DNA of 64,000 nucleotides from Ptychomitrium polyphyllum (Eukaryota): NCBI GenBank assembly GCA_973851085.1, contig OZ316775.1, positions 14,260,001 to 14,324,000 of the forward strand, read 5' to 3'. Shown piece by piece: positions 51,320 to 64,000 of this stretch (position 1 is its first letter; each line of letters starts with the position of its first letter). The notes under the pieces were generated by a model. It saw only the letters and a program-made list of their open reading frames with translations, ran no database searches and was not told where the DNA came from. The position numbers and the translations under genes were made by a program.

Positions 51320-52507
51320 TCAAGGCTTTGTGTCGAACCTTGGCTCGAACATCAACCCTCCGACAAGCTCATCCACATTTCCGAAACTTCGATTAATGTC
51401 GGGCAGATTGGTCCACTGCTGCGTCAGTTTGTTGAACATAACCATCTTGTGAGGATCCACATCCTCGAACTGGGGTGGAAAGCAGTGCGGCTCAGAGCCA
51501 ACGAGCAACACAACATCATCAGAAAGATACAGCGCCGTTTTCTCATACTTCTTCAAGAATTTGGGGACGGGGCACACTTTTTTCCACTCCATCTCCAGCC
51601 TCTGCCATAGCCCTTCCTTCCGAGGTGCGTTGCTGCACATGAACAAGCTCCCCTGGCTCTCCAGTATCCAGCACTTGTCCTCATAGCGATTCAGGAACGA
51701 GCTCTCCTGGAGCGCGGCCGGGTACATGAGGCGCTTGATAGTCTTAGACCTTCTGTCGACAGTGGCTAAGCCTTGATACTCGTCGCCCTTGAAGAAATTG
51801 TAGTAGAATGTGCGCTCTGGAGGGGAGTCTGTACGGCGCCATGAGTTGGAGATGGAGTCGTAAAGCTCTATCACTAAGGCGCCGGTGTTGTCACACAATC
51901 CAACTAGAGTGATTGAGTATTGATCGCTAGAACTTGTGGCCATAGACATGTGGGTTAGGGTTGGAAACTCATGGAGAGCAAGGTTAGGCGGCAGCAAGCG
52001 CCAAGTCTGAGTTAGGGGATTCCCAACCATGACTTCGAGAGTGCCCAGGCTGCTCGTCTCCGAAATGTAACACAAAAGTCCGCCAACTGTAGCGAACGGC
52101 CCGCTGAACCTCAAAGGTGAGGGAAAATGCCCAAGACGAAACTTGCACCATTCTTGCGCTGGGGTGTCAAAAACCCAGAGCTCTTGGTTCTCGCACGATG
52201 ATGAATGCTTCTCTTTCTTCATAAGGGCGAAGCGACCGGAGTTTTGCCCCTGAGCTCGGTCTGAGAAAAATTCTGTTGACATCCATAGCTTGCTAAGGCT
52301 GCGGATGCGACTGAGGCTCTTCAGAGGTAGCTTCGAGAACACGAGGTACAACACGCTCTCAGGCAAGTTACGCCAAATGGACGGATCGAACTCCTCAGTG
52401 AGAGGCTCTGATCTGCAAGGAGCATTATCGCCAATGAAAGGCAATTCTCCGCCATGAGCAAAAACGTTGTGAAAGTTTTGTCCCATGTGAGTCAGCTCCA
52501 TCAGCAT
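51320..52507 (-). CDS. F-box protein with kelch-like/beta-propeller C-terminal region, intronless
   Basis: F-box IWRNLPESVLYLVFSKLPLKSLSRIRSLSKLW; GGLLC, VGNPLTQTWRLLPP, ELYDSISNSW; C-terminal FEPRFD. Confidence 0.9.
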   Translation of the reverse strand: MLMELTHMGQNFHNVFAHGGELPFIGDNAPCRSEPLTEEFDPSIWRNLPESVLYLVFSKLPLKSLSRIRSLSKLWMSTEFFSDRAQGQNSGRFALMKKEKHSSSCENQELWVFDTPAQEWCKFRLGHFPSPLRFSGPFATVGGLLCYISETSSLGTLEVMVGNPLTQTWRLLPPNLALHEFPTLTHMSMATSSSDQYSITLVGLCDNTGALVIELYDSISNSWRRTDSPPERTFYYNFFKGDEYQGLATVDRRSKTIKRLMYPAALQESSFLNRYEDKCWILESQGSLFMCSNAPRKEGLWQRLEMEWKKVCPVPKFLKKYEKTALYLSDDVVLLVGSEPHCFPPQFEDVDPHKMVMFNKLTQQWTNLPDINRSFGNVDELVGGLMFEPRFDTKP

Positions 52508-54530
52508 CACAACTCACACAATCACAAAACACCCAAACTCTCAAGGCCAGCTATCTTCCACTCCACAATCACCTCAACAATTACAAAACCAAAACCTGTG
52601 CAATCATGAAACTCTTAACAGAACGTGACTACGAAGACATCACTCCAAAACTTTACCACCCAAAAGACCGCAACATCCCTTAATTAGAAAACTTCTCATA
52701 TCTACAATGAAGCAAAAAACTGGAACATCACTGAAGCTACCAACCTCACCCTTACAAGCTAGACTCTTGAGTATCACATAACCCACACTAAACCCCGAAA
52801 CATACCACCTCTCAACTCATGCCAGAAGACTGGATCAACATGCATGGATCAACACATCTACAACAAGAAAACGAACGCACATGGCAGAAGAAGATGGCTG
52901 GTTTCGTCAGAGGTGATGATGAGAGGAAATGAGCTTGCAAGCAGGACTCTCAGAGTGCAGTGCTCTCATGAAGGTCTTTGTACTTGAAGCAAAGAAGCCT
53001 GGCATAGACGGCAGGATCACTGCAACTGCAGCTGCAATGAAGAACCTAGTATTCGTTCACATGATTGCTCATGCCAGTGACTGACTGGCTCATGAAAAAT
53101 TTACCTGCAACGACCATGGAGACAACCAGCCGGTTGCAACCACGCTTGCATGTCAACATCCTCACTATGCCGTAGTTTCGGGGACGAAGCTCACAAGGCA
53201 GCAGATTGACCATGTTTTGATTGATATGTAGGTGATACTCGGGGTTTATTCAGAGTATACCCTTTGATACTAGTGTAATACCTAGATGTGGTTTTCGATG
53301 TTGTAAACCTGTCGAATCACCTGGGGTCGGAGCTGGTTCACCGTAAGGAATTTGTCCATTTGTCGATTTATATCTACATGATACTCAGGTTCTAACTGTA
53401 CAATATACGATTGGTACTGGTGTAATGTACTAATGTGTTACTCAGGCGGGTATGCAAGGTTGTGGACCTTTCGAGTTTCATTGACGGCGGGACTGGATCC
53501 AACGGAGGGTTTGTAGTAAACGGTCATCACTTTGACTTGCTTTGGAATGTAAGTGAGGTGTACAGTTGGGGGAGCGTTTTTTGAAGTCTTGGTCTTGGTC
53601 TCTTAGTCTCGGGCATGTGTGAGAGACCGTGTGGTTTGTGGAGAATGGACTTGTGGGCTTACAACCAACTGGGCTGTGGAGGATGTTCGTAGGGAGGTTC
53701 TTCTTATGTACGAGTAAGTCACATTTCAGCTACAGTTGCATCTGTTTGTGTTTTTGTACTTTTGATGCAGGGCTTGCTAAGATGGATGTTCAATACTACT
53801 AGGTAGTGAGCTATGGTTTTGAAAATCTTTGCGTGTGTGTGTACATGGAGGAAAAACCTGGTGTTGTGCTGCGCAAGTGCTGAGAAGTCTGATGAGTTGA
53901 CAAATGAACTGTGGAAGTCTGGAAGACATGTTCATTTCTGCATGGTGAAGGCGGAGGTATGTAGTTCTGCTAAGATATAATATGGTACCTACACTCAGGT
54001 AGAACAGTGCATTAGTATTGGAGGCCCCTGCCCACCACCTCCTAAATGATTTGAAATTATCATGCTTAACTACCAAAACTGATCATTTGTGGTGTAGACT
54101 TGGTGCATGATGGAAATGGATTGAGATTGGGTGTAAATGGGATCATGAAGTAGTGGTAATGAGAATGAAAATAAATTTACACTAAGTTAGGAGGAAAATA
54201 TGTGATGATCATAGGATTGGTACATGGTGGTTATTAAATGGGATTTGAGTGATTGTGTGTTCATTAAGTGGTGGTTATTAGTTAATTGTTAGGCAATTGA
54301 TGGCTAATGTACTACTGATTTTTTATTTTTTGTAGAAACATCCTTTGAAAATTCATAAAAACATAAAATATATGATTTCTTATGTTTCTACTTAAACTAA
54401 ATCTAACACACTCTTTGTGAAAACGTCCCATGCCACATAAAATGTCATATGTAACAATTCCACATTGTTAAAATTGACATATTTGATTAAGCATCAAAAG
54501 CTTAAATTCACAAGTAATGGAATGTTATAA

Positions 54531-54536
<6 letters not shown>

Positions 54537-54563
<27 letters not shown>
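54537..54563. repeat. (TA)n microsatellite
   Basis: Perfect TA run. Confidence 0.9.
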
Positions 54564-54567
<4 letters not shown>

Positions 54568-55380
54568 TTATTTTTAAAATTTATACATTTATATATAGAG
54601 AGAATTTAAAGTTTTCATCAACAACTTAACCTTGACATTTCAAACGAAATCAAACCGGCTTTCAAAAAGAAAACGCCATATGGAAATACACAAATAAAAA
54701 TATGAGCATAATCATTTCTAAAAACACTAAAAACAAATTCATTCAAACATCAATAAACCTCCCATATCGTTTGTGACATCATTCTACAACTTAAAAAGCA
54801 AATCAAGCCCTGGAACCACTTCCAAGGATACTACACTACACTACATCGGAAGCCAAAAGGCACTCATGAACAAAGATACAAGTATAAACTCCTCAGGCGA
54901 AACTGACCCACAAAGCCCTTGAACCAGTCAATTGCACTCAAGACAACCACATTGTATATGTCTTTTAGTCATACCATTCGGACCGTATTCAGAGTGTTCA
55001 ACTGCTTCCGTTCAGAATGATAACCAGTTATCCCATATTAAACGCCCATCTCGCCTAAACCAAATAATATAAAGTGAGCACAGTGTCCGCTTGTTCAAGC
55101 AAACCGGGTGCGCAGCACATAGCGAACTATTCTTTCGCCTTTTACTAAAGAATACCGTGCGCTGGGTACACATACCGGTATACCTCTTTTTTTGGACCCC
55201 CCCTTTGTGGGGCCATCAGTAAAACCATAATACCATGCGAAAAAGATCCTAGTGGGCGAAAAAGATCCTAATTGACATGTGTTAGGAACCATGCGAAAAA
55301 GATCCTTATGGGCATGTGTGATATTAATGAATGATTTGCCCTTCGATGTTTTCATGGAGGCGATACTAGAATCTCATATC

Positions 55381-55474
55381 ACAAATGACGGTTTGTATGC
55401 TCGAAATATGTTTTCAAGTTAGATTGGACAAATGACGGTTTGTATGCTTGAAATATGTTTTCAAGTTAGATTGG
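55381..55474. repeat. 47-bp tandem duplication (one C/T mismatch)
   Basis: acaaatgacggtttgtatgctcgaaatatgttttcaagttagattgg at 55381-55427 and 55428-55474. Confidence 0.92.
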
Positions 55475-55479
55475 ACTTG

Positions 55480-58400
55480 AAATATTGTTTCTATCCATCA
55501 AAAATTGTTCATTCCTTTTAAATACTTAATAAAATGGGCATTCTTTATAGACATAGACCAAGGTGGAAGACAAAAATTGAAATTCTTGATAGTTGAATTT
55601 ATAAGATAATAAAAATAATGGACTTTACTTATATGTTGACAATGTGCAAATTTTGCTTTGACATTGTTGTAATATGGACCACTTAGTAATTAAAATATAA
55701 GCATTTATGTATATTTATTGCCACTTGAAATATGTAATTAGTTTAATGTTCTTATAGTGTTATTTTAACTTATATTGCCAACAAAAATTTCATCATCACA
55801 AAAACAACAAAGAACAATAAAAGAATATTGGTAAGTATTGATAAGAAATGACAGAATTGAAAGTGAATGTTTAAAATACTACATGAATTTATACAATGAA
55901 CAAGAGAGACTTGATGAAGATTTGAAAGCAAAGACAAAGATCTTAAAGGTGGTTCTAGCAAGTTTGATGGAACTCATGGCCTTTGACATAAGACAAACCA
56001 TATAAGTGATTGAATTATATAGAACAACATGTGATATAGAGAATTAACTGGCACTAAGGTCAAGTAAGGTGGTTGTATATTTTTTGTGCAGTTTTGGAAT
56101 ATAATCAAGTATATTTAAAACAACATAGAAAAAGAAGCTATGTAAAAGATAAGTCTCTTAAAGGTAGAAAAATGATCTCATAATGCAAATATTAATAAGT
56201 GCAAATTAGATTTGCTAACTGATTAAAAATCCGAAATATCACTAAATGTTATATATGAAAGATATACCAAGGCTCTACAATTGAATTATTTACTAAGCCT
56301 TTTGAGTGAAATTATTAGCCATAATTAAAGTATGTTTTACAATGTTGCTTAATTCTAAATGATATCTTGCTTACTTCAAAGACACTAAACAGGCAAAAAA
56401 TCCAAGCAAAAGCATATGCAAAGCTCAATTACCGGAAGTGTACAATTAAGCCAATTGAAGCTTCTTATTTAGTACAATGACAAAGATGGGATTTTCTAAG
56501 GAAATCAAAAATATAATAAATATTACTTTTATAAAAGTTTAAACAATTTTTTGACATCAATAAATTATCTTCAACAACCTTTTAAATTTGTCAAATTATA
56601 CAAAGGCTATCCATTGGTTTACTTTGTCTTTTTTATTATTGAAGAAACAAACAAAAAATCAATATGGCAAATTCAAAATTAAGGAAAATTGGAAGGTGTA
56701 ATATTATAGAACTTTATATTATAACAACTAAAATTATAATTTGTTAATGCCATTAGTTGCTTTATTTAAAAGAAGGTGAAATATCACTATTAATTTTGTT
56801 AGCATAAATAGATTATTTTTAGAACTTAAAATATTCATAAATTGAATCAAGTTGAAATGCCTCCATTATAAAGACATAAATATGAATGAATATGAATTGA
56901 AAAAAGGTAATTATTTAAGTTCTTAAAAAAACCTCTAAATTGTTTATTTCAATCCATGACATTGATTAGTTTTTTTTAGACAAGATATAAAAATCACTTG
57001 CATATTGGAATTCAACCAACTTATTATTTGTAGGAAAAAGACTCATACTTAATTATTTGATACTCCATTAATGCTTGGAAAAGCTCACAAAAAGTTATTT
57101 AGAAGATCAAGGCTCAATCACATAATTTCTTATGGATTGATTGCAATGATAAAGCATGCTCAAGGATGGCCTAAGTTATTTACATTCAAAAGAAACAAGT
57201 TTGAGCTTTAATTTGACAAACTTGAATTATATCAATAATTACTTATTAGATAAGTAGATTGTCAAGGCATGTAAGCTTGGACACTCCAACTTTTAAATTT
57301 TTTGCAAAAAAATGAATTTAATACAAGCCTTTAAATGATGGACAATGGAGTTAAATTTAAATTTGTTGATGTTTTAATTACACAAGCATGCACTTAAATC
57401 TAAAATCTAAAAAAATTTGACAAATTATGGTATAAGTTAATCAAACATATTTGCTAGATAAGGCTATTTACTTATGAATAAGGCTTTTACATGAATGGAT
57501 GTGGAATTAAACGTGTTCATTTGAAACAAGATAGATTGACAAATGGATAAATAAATGGACTTTTTGTCTTATTGGATGAACACATTATTCATGCTTGATA
57601 AAATTTCTTCAAAATTATATTGATCTTCTTTAAATATACTCAAATATTTCCTTATCATTGAAAGATGGGATTTGTTGGACGTCTTTGCAAAGAAACAATT
57701 GAAAGAGGTCTAGTAAACAATTAAACAACCTTACTTTATAGAATAGTCAACAATATAGGATAGTAATTCAATATTAATTTGAAAATTACATCCATTGCTA
57801 CCAAAGAAATAAGCAATATAGTTTTACAATCAAGAATGAAAATCTATTGAAGAATGTTGGAATTCATAACAAAAAAGAATATTTACATGGAAGAGGCAAA
57901 GGATAAGTTCAATCTTTTTGATAGTAACTAGTTAAACTTGGAAAAAGTTATGGAGACCATTCAAATGAAATTTGGCAATTTTTTGGCAAAAAGAGAAGAA
58001 GAAGCAAGCCTTGAGGAATGAATTGGCTTATATATAACAAGATACAATGGGCTAGTCTTTTCGACTTAAGCAACATTGTAGCTGATCATCATGAATTTTT
58101 TCAATGTAAATAAGGATTTATGGGGGTAAAGTAGCTTCTAATGTATAATTAGGAAAATAAAAATAGTAAAAGTAGTTTTAAAAGTAAAACAATATAGAAA
58201 TATAATCTTTAATGTCCAATCAAAGATCTTATTTTTTATCCAAAAGATATGGATAAGCCAAATAAGCCAATTTTTAGATACATCATAAAAAAAATCAAAG
58301 CAAGAATCAACAATTTTAAAGTTGTGGTTACTCTTGTAAGCACAAGATGGAGGTATAAGCTTTTAAAGAATTCATGTGCCAATTGGCTCAAAGACAAAAA

Positions 58401-58680
58401 AGAAGCAATTGTCATTTGAAACATTTCACAAAAAGTAGTTGTAGTGAATTATTGGAGAAGCAATGTAAGTCAAGCCACTGTCAAATTATTGCTTTATTAT
58501 TGAAAAAACACTTGGCCCCAATTTTGGACATGTTTGAAAGCAAAGAGAATATAGAAGTGGAGTTCAAATTCATTCATAGCATCTAAAAGCATTCATAAGA
58601 TTCCTCTATACATTTCAAGTTTGATTGGACACATTACATTTTACCAAGAATATACCTAGAAGATTTTAGACCATGTCTCT
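55480..58680. mobile_element. Heavily decayed AT-rich relic, probably a transposon or old coding sequence; family unassigned
   Basis: CpG-depleted, purine-rich plus strand with broken reading frames; flanked by short repeats on both sides. Confidence 0.35.
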
Positions 58681-58693
58681 TCTTAGAAGACTG

Positions 58694-58804
58694 ACAATGT
58701 GGGAGATTTAACAATGTGGGAGATTTAACAATTTGGGAGATTTAACAATGTGGGAGATTTAACAATGTGGGAGATTTAACAATTTGGGAGATTTAACAAT
58801 GTGG
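58694..58804. repeat. 17-bp minisatellite (acaatgtgggagattta) x6.5
   Basis: Units start at 58694, 58711, 58728, 58745, 58762, 58779 and 58796 (partial). Confidence 0.95.
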
Positions 58805-59335
58805 TTTGGACGTTGGAAATAGTCACTGCCAGAATTTAGCAAGGAGTGACTAAATATTGCCTGGATATGGTCCAAGCTCATGTCAGACCAAGGTGGTGAG
58901 CTTGTAAGCTCATCTGTATGTCCAAAGTAACGAAGAACAGAAAGAACACCTGAACCTCTACTCTATAATTTCAATATCACCACAACAAGAGCTCGAACCA
59001 GTCAACAAACAAGAAAACTGTTTAAAACGCGCCAAGCCTCCTGTACAGCAAAAGATTATGTGAGCAACTCATTGACAGGAAACAAGTGACTGGAGAGTAA
59101 CATATCACAGAACATAGACGATGCGTAGCAAGAGGAAACTCCAGGCATGGTGATGAAGACTGTTCCGGACTAGCGTGCTTACTTTGTCGAAGATCATCAA
59201 TATATGATCCACTCATAACACGTAGGTTTCCAACGCAATCGGTAAGAGAAATGTCCCAACAATCCCACCTACCACCCGGCTACTTGCCAACTTACACCAA
59301 TACATGTCAGTCATGTCCCACATATCGGCCAGGTT

Positions 59336-59680
59336 CTAGGTTAACTTTTCCCAATAAGGTACGCAAAAGGTAAAAAATCCCAAGATGTTTCTTCCGCATT
59401 CCCCACTGCAGCACTCCCAATCAGCATCGCAGTACTGGTCGAGTTCTAAACAATTCTGATCTGCCTTCCTGCCTTCACAAAACAAGCCCAAACTCGAACA
59501 GCCGGCTGCCTGGAAGCCTTTGGTCAAGGAGGTCATGTGCTTCGACTCCTGTGGAATATGCGCATCGCCATCGTCCAGGGCATGCGCCTCCACTAACAGC
59601 ACCATCGGTGTAGCCAATGCTAGCACCAACAGCAACAGGATGGGCACTACGGCCACTAATCCTTTGCCATGGCTGGCCAT
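59336..59680 (-). CDS. Secreted cysteine-rich peptide with a C-terminal inhibitor-cystine-knot/conotoxin-like motif
   Basis: Hydrophobic signal peptide (LVAVVPILLLLVLALATPMVLLVEA), spacer, then C-x6-C-x5-CC-x3-C-x10-C (CLELDQYCDADWECCSGECGRNILGFFTFC); TATAAAAA on the minus strand at 59894-59901. Confidence 0.75.
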   Translation of the reverse strand: MASHGKGLVAVVPILLLLVLALATPMVLLVEAHALDDGDAHIPQESKHMTSLTKGFQAAGCSSLGLFCEGRKADQNCLELDQYCDADWECCSGECGRNILGFFTFCVPYWEKLT

Positions 59681-60995
59681 TCTCTAGATAGGCTGCTAAG
59701 GAATGAAAGAGAGCAAGGTATAATGAGTGACTAGATTGGATTATGAGCAGAGCAGCAAAGGCTTGAATCATCAGTGAGCTGAACAACATTCTCAGGTCTA
59801 ATCTAGTGGAAGCCTTGCTAAGTTGCCACAGCCTTCATTAGATGGTATCTTCCAATTGATTTTAAGTAATACACGAGTATTGTGTGGGATGTGTTTTTAT
59901 AGTGTGCTACAAAGGCGATGAATGGGATCCCATTAATGTCAGATGCTCGATGCCACTTCAGGATAAGATACTACTCACACAGTTAGGCCTAGTGGGGTTA
60001 GTCTAATGAACAGCAAAACGGCTATGCTAAATACACCAGGTAAGTGCCAGTAAAACAAGCTAAAACTCAAGGTGAGAAACTGCATAGGCACGTGATTCAT
60101 TGAGATGGAGAGCAACAAACCAGTCTGGTAAATTAAGCAAAGGGAAGGAAAGGCAACCATCTGAGTGAGCCTACAAGCAAGCACCTTGAAAACTAGCAAG
60201 AGTGCAAGAATTGACCTTACCAAGTCCACGACAGGAAGCAGCACCCAGCTTGGAGAACCACAACAGAAGTGAGGAGAGAGATTGAAAATTGGTTCAAAGT
60301 AGTTGAGCTCAGAAAGAGAAGTGAGCCTGGTGGTGGAGTGCGAAGTAGAGTTGTTTGCTGCACAGCTATGGTGTCATCAGCCACAGAGCTAGGATTTCTA
60401 TTGATAAAGGTCGAAAATTCGTGAGGACTGTCAAACCCGACTCGAGGATGAACTTTGAAATTGTTAGTTTGCCACAAGTTTCTCCACAGCTCATCAGAAA
60501 CATGATACAACTAACATTTTCAAAGCAAAAACTTTATAAAGTGGATAACTACGCAACTGGTACTGCTGGAGGTAGGTCATGAGCAGGTGCCTACAATATA
60601 GAGGTGGCAAACCAAGCTCCTTATGATTTTGGAACATACGATCTACACCTATACTAAGGTAATAACTTTCATTATCACCTCCAAACAAACGAGGTCTGTC
60701 TCCGAAACATACCCCTAAGGACTCATTCTTGGCTATTTGTTGCAGAGTTTGGACACACACGCAAGAACCAGCAACATGGTCGATTTTAATAACAAAAAAT
60801 ATGCTCATAATGTGTAAATTGAAACGTGGATAATAATCCACATGTGAAAAAGATTAAAAGTGCAACTTCACAACACCTAAGAATAATGTCTGACTAATTA
60901 CATTGAGACTTTACATGTTTCTATTTACCTTGCAAGTGAGCTCAGGCACAAAAGGAAGCCATATAGACCTGCAAGTTGCCTTCTCACGACTGTCC

Positions 60996-63179
60996 TCAAT
61001 AAGTTTTGCTCAATTCGGATTTAAATTCCTTACACATCTTCACGAAGTCCTCCAAATAAGTCTTCGCCCATTCCTACATATTTCCATCACGTTGCACAAT
61101 TTACGTAGTGTACTTTAACTGTGAGGTGCCTATGAAGTTGATAAGGAGAGGATAATCATTTCAAGTGTCATGGTTGTTGTTCCATACCATCACACTGCAT
61201 CAACACTAATGCTACTAAAATCTGTATACTTTGCTAGAAATGTTTTGAGATGATTCGCTCGCCATACCTACAGCTCTTAATCTTGTAAGAACAGACTATG
61301 ATCATTTAGCTACAAACATAATGGAAACATATGCATAAATGCACGACATTCAATACAGACCTCTATATGGACATGGAAGAAAACTTAGTCTCAGACCAAA
61401 CCATTTGCTTAGTGTTTTAAAAAAACAGAAAACTCAGAGCGTAAGCATGAGATTACCTCATAATCCCAGTTTCCTACAAGCTTTGGATCTCCCTCTTTGA
61501 CCCAAACGTACATATATGCAGTCACTTCTGTTGCAAGACTCAGTCCAACAATACGTCCTGGTGTAAATTCGACAGTGTCGTCTTCAGGTGCCACTTTTTC
61601 TGTCGGGCCATTGAGGACGGTAAGGGCATTGCTTACTCGCTCTAAGCAGCCAGACCCTGTCATTTCTTGAGCTTCGTCATTGATTGTACTGTTCACTGGT
61701 CCTCCGTCGATACCATGTGCTTTCTGTTGCAACGTCGTGGCAATATATATTGCTCTAATCAGAATATAAGTTTCATATGCCATCTTTGCGTCTATCTCTA
61801 AAAATCGCCATACCTTATCTCTGACTGAGATTAATGAAGATGGCATCAAATGCAATTACACACCAAAAGGGAGAATCAGAGTAGTGAAGCAGCATCAGGA
61901 TGGGGTACTAAACTAATCCGAACACGCCGCATTTCAACACTTGAGCTCAATAGCACAACATTTTCATGTCAATTGCAAATTTCAGGGCATATTGGCAGGT
62001 TTCCTAGAGGTACCAGAGTGAGAGGCGATACTATTGATTTGAAATATTCAACATCTTCAAACTCATCCAGAATATGTAGCTCCTGGTCGCTCAGATCGAA
62101 CAACACCTGTTACAATATTCTAAATCAGTAATTCTCTTATCGTTTGATGCCAAATCAATGGAACATATGACACCAACTCTGCACTGATTCGGTCAAGATC
62201 TGTGAGAAAGACAGGTGGAAATGAATCTAAAACCGCCATACAAAACTTGTCACAAGTACGATCCTATGTTCTCACATGATCTTACAGAATTCCAAAAGAG
62301 AACAAAAGCCCTAACACTAGAAATTCAGAACAGTAAGTGAACTTTAAATCTTGTCAAAGTTAAGAAATTCTGAGTACTCCGGAAAGAAATAAAATCAAGC
62401 ACTCTCTAAGCATCCGTAGAGAGTATGAGAAAGTACAGCAGTAGATGCGAATGAGATACGTGTTAAGGAGATACCTTTCCAAATACTTTGTCACCCTTTT
62501 TGGGTAGTACGGCGGGATAAATGCGGTCTGTGATGCTGTACCGATGGCTGCCACCAATTTTCCAGCCCAAGATTACCGGTAAGGACTAAAACAAAGACGT
62601 GTATACATGCTTTCCAAGGTGAGGGTGAAGAATGTTATGATATTGATTAAAAAATAAGATGCGTGAACCCAAACTTCTTTGCTAAACAAACAGAAGCCAG
62701 TAACTTCATGAAAACTTGCACAAGGCATAAGCACCATCACATAGTTTCTCATTTCAATCATTAATGTTATTGGCTGCTGCAGAGCAACAACTACAGGCGG
62801 CCATAATCTTGGAGGCATATCAAAACCCTAAGGTACACATTATCACACTAAAAGCAAGGAAAATATGGTTCCCTGTGCAAATGCACTAAGCAAGTGAAAT
62901 TCATTAAAGTATGCAATCAAAACGAAACAGAAGTAGAAAAGACGACAGTCTGCTTACTGAGAGGTGACCCAATGATGGTTTTCTGACAATCTCACTTCAG
63001 ATGATCAAAAATCCCCTGAAAAAAACCAGCTTGTGCATGGAGCCCAAAAGATTTACGACTTACTAATCATCCACGACAGCAAGTGCTGCACGTGGAACTC
63101 GGTGCAGGAGCGCGGTAAGAACTTCCGGCGCGAGCAATGATCCATACACGAACACATTGCGGACCGCAGCCGCAGCCAT
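60996..63179 (-). CDS. AIG2-like / gamma-glutamylcyclotransferase family protein; exons 63179-63064, 62547-62475, 62106-about 62014, about 61723-61457, 61073-60996
   Basis: Spliced product MAAAAVRNVFVYGSLLAPEV...YHRYSITDRIYPAVLP...VFGKVLFDLSDQELHILDEFEDVEY...AYMYVW...LVGNWDYEEWAKTYLEDFVKMC matches AIG2-like motifs; mostly missed by the ORF track. Confidence 0.88.
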
Positions 63180-64000
63180 GAAGAAATTCTTTCAAAATCT
63201 GATATTAGATCAAGAGCCCAAAATTTATGTTTCTGCAAACAATCCAACATGCTCGATTCTACATGCTCAAGGAGTTGATCTTGCACAGCCGATCGATCAC
63301 TCCCGCAAAGAAACCTACAGGATGAAACGCCATCCACACAGAGGACACGGAGACTGTCACGCCATAGCAAAGCTTTCCACCAAAAGGAACGCAGCAGCTA
63401 AACCCTAGAGCTAAGAGACTGCGAGAATTTCAGCACCAAACTGAGTCAGTATGGCAATGTCTAGGCACTTTTAGGTGAGAAAATAATGATTCGATCACCA
63501 TTCTCGTAGGCACTGTGAACTTCTGGAAATTCCTTCACGTCCCTTTTTTCGAGTGCAACGGTTGTCCGAAAGTTTCGTATCATTGGAGGCCCCAAACTGT
63601 ACTCAAAAGCAAACTGTACCTAAAACAGGAGATATCTACCGTCTGTGTACTTGAAATCTGAAAACTGCGTAGATGGCGTTGCTTATGCACACAGACAGAT
63701 CTAGTTGGAGTCTGGTGCGTGAAGACGAATCTGTACCCTTGCACTATTGTTTCTTGGTAGAGCACCCTATCCACATTTGAAAGTGAAGTTTGCAGAATCC
63801 AGAATCTATGAAGTCGATTATTTTCGGAGAGTGCTGCGTTCTATAAAAAAGATGACGATGCAGGTGAAGGAAGCTTCGTTGCAACGACGATGTTGCTTAT
63901 TGAAGGTGGTTGCATGATATTCTTCAGGACTTCACCAGAACGGTACACTGCAGCGGTTAAGCCTAGTCCTGAACGATTTCTGAAAGCAGGGATGCAAGCT

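Noticed and set aside
58694..58804. Possible CRISPR array
   Set aside because: Head-to-tail repeats without unique spacers, in a eukaryotic context with no cas genes
63851..64000. Open plus-strand frame at the right edge
   Set aside because: Too short and truncated, with no recognisable domain

Overview
Eukaryotic nuclear DNA from a land plant, most likely a moss or other bryophyte (inference from GT-AG multi-exon genes, gene families and AT-rich decayed intergenic blocks). Apparently intact genes: a CASP-like membrane protein, BCKDH E1-alpha, an At1g64430-like plastid protein, a BOU-like mitochondrial carrier, a DUF2232-like membrane protein, ETF-alpha, an At5g39570/PLDrp1-like repeat protein, an F-box protein, a secreted cysteine-rich peptide and an AIG2-like/gamma-glutamylcyclotransferase. 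There are also several pseudogenes: a histone-H1-domain protein with an Arg-rich protamine-like tail, a receptor-kinase fragment, a cytosolic PheRS-alpha copy and two germin-like fragments. The most interesting observations are (1) a secreted conotoxin/knottin-like prepropeptide at 59336-59680, (2) a hidden H1 plus protamine-like frame at 10092-10682 whose five internal stops can all be read as C-to-T changes, (3) a 6/18-bp repeat array that decays from GC-rich to AT-rich and sits where the first exon of the PheRS pseudogene should be, and (4) three mitochondrial amino-acid catabolism/transport genes within about 31 kb. Exon boundaries were read by eye and homologies come from recalled family motifs, not database searches.
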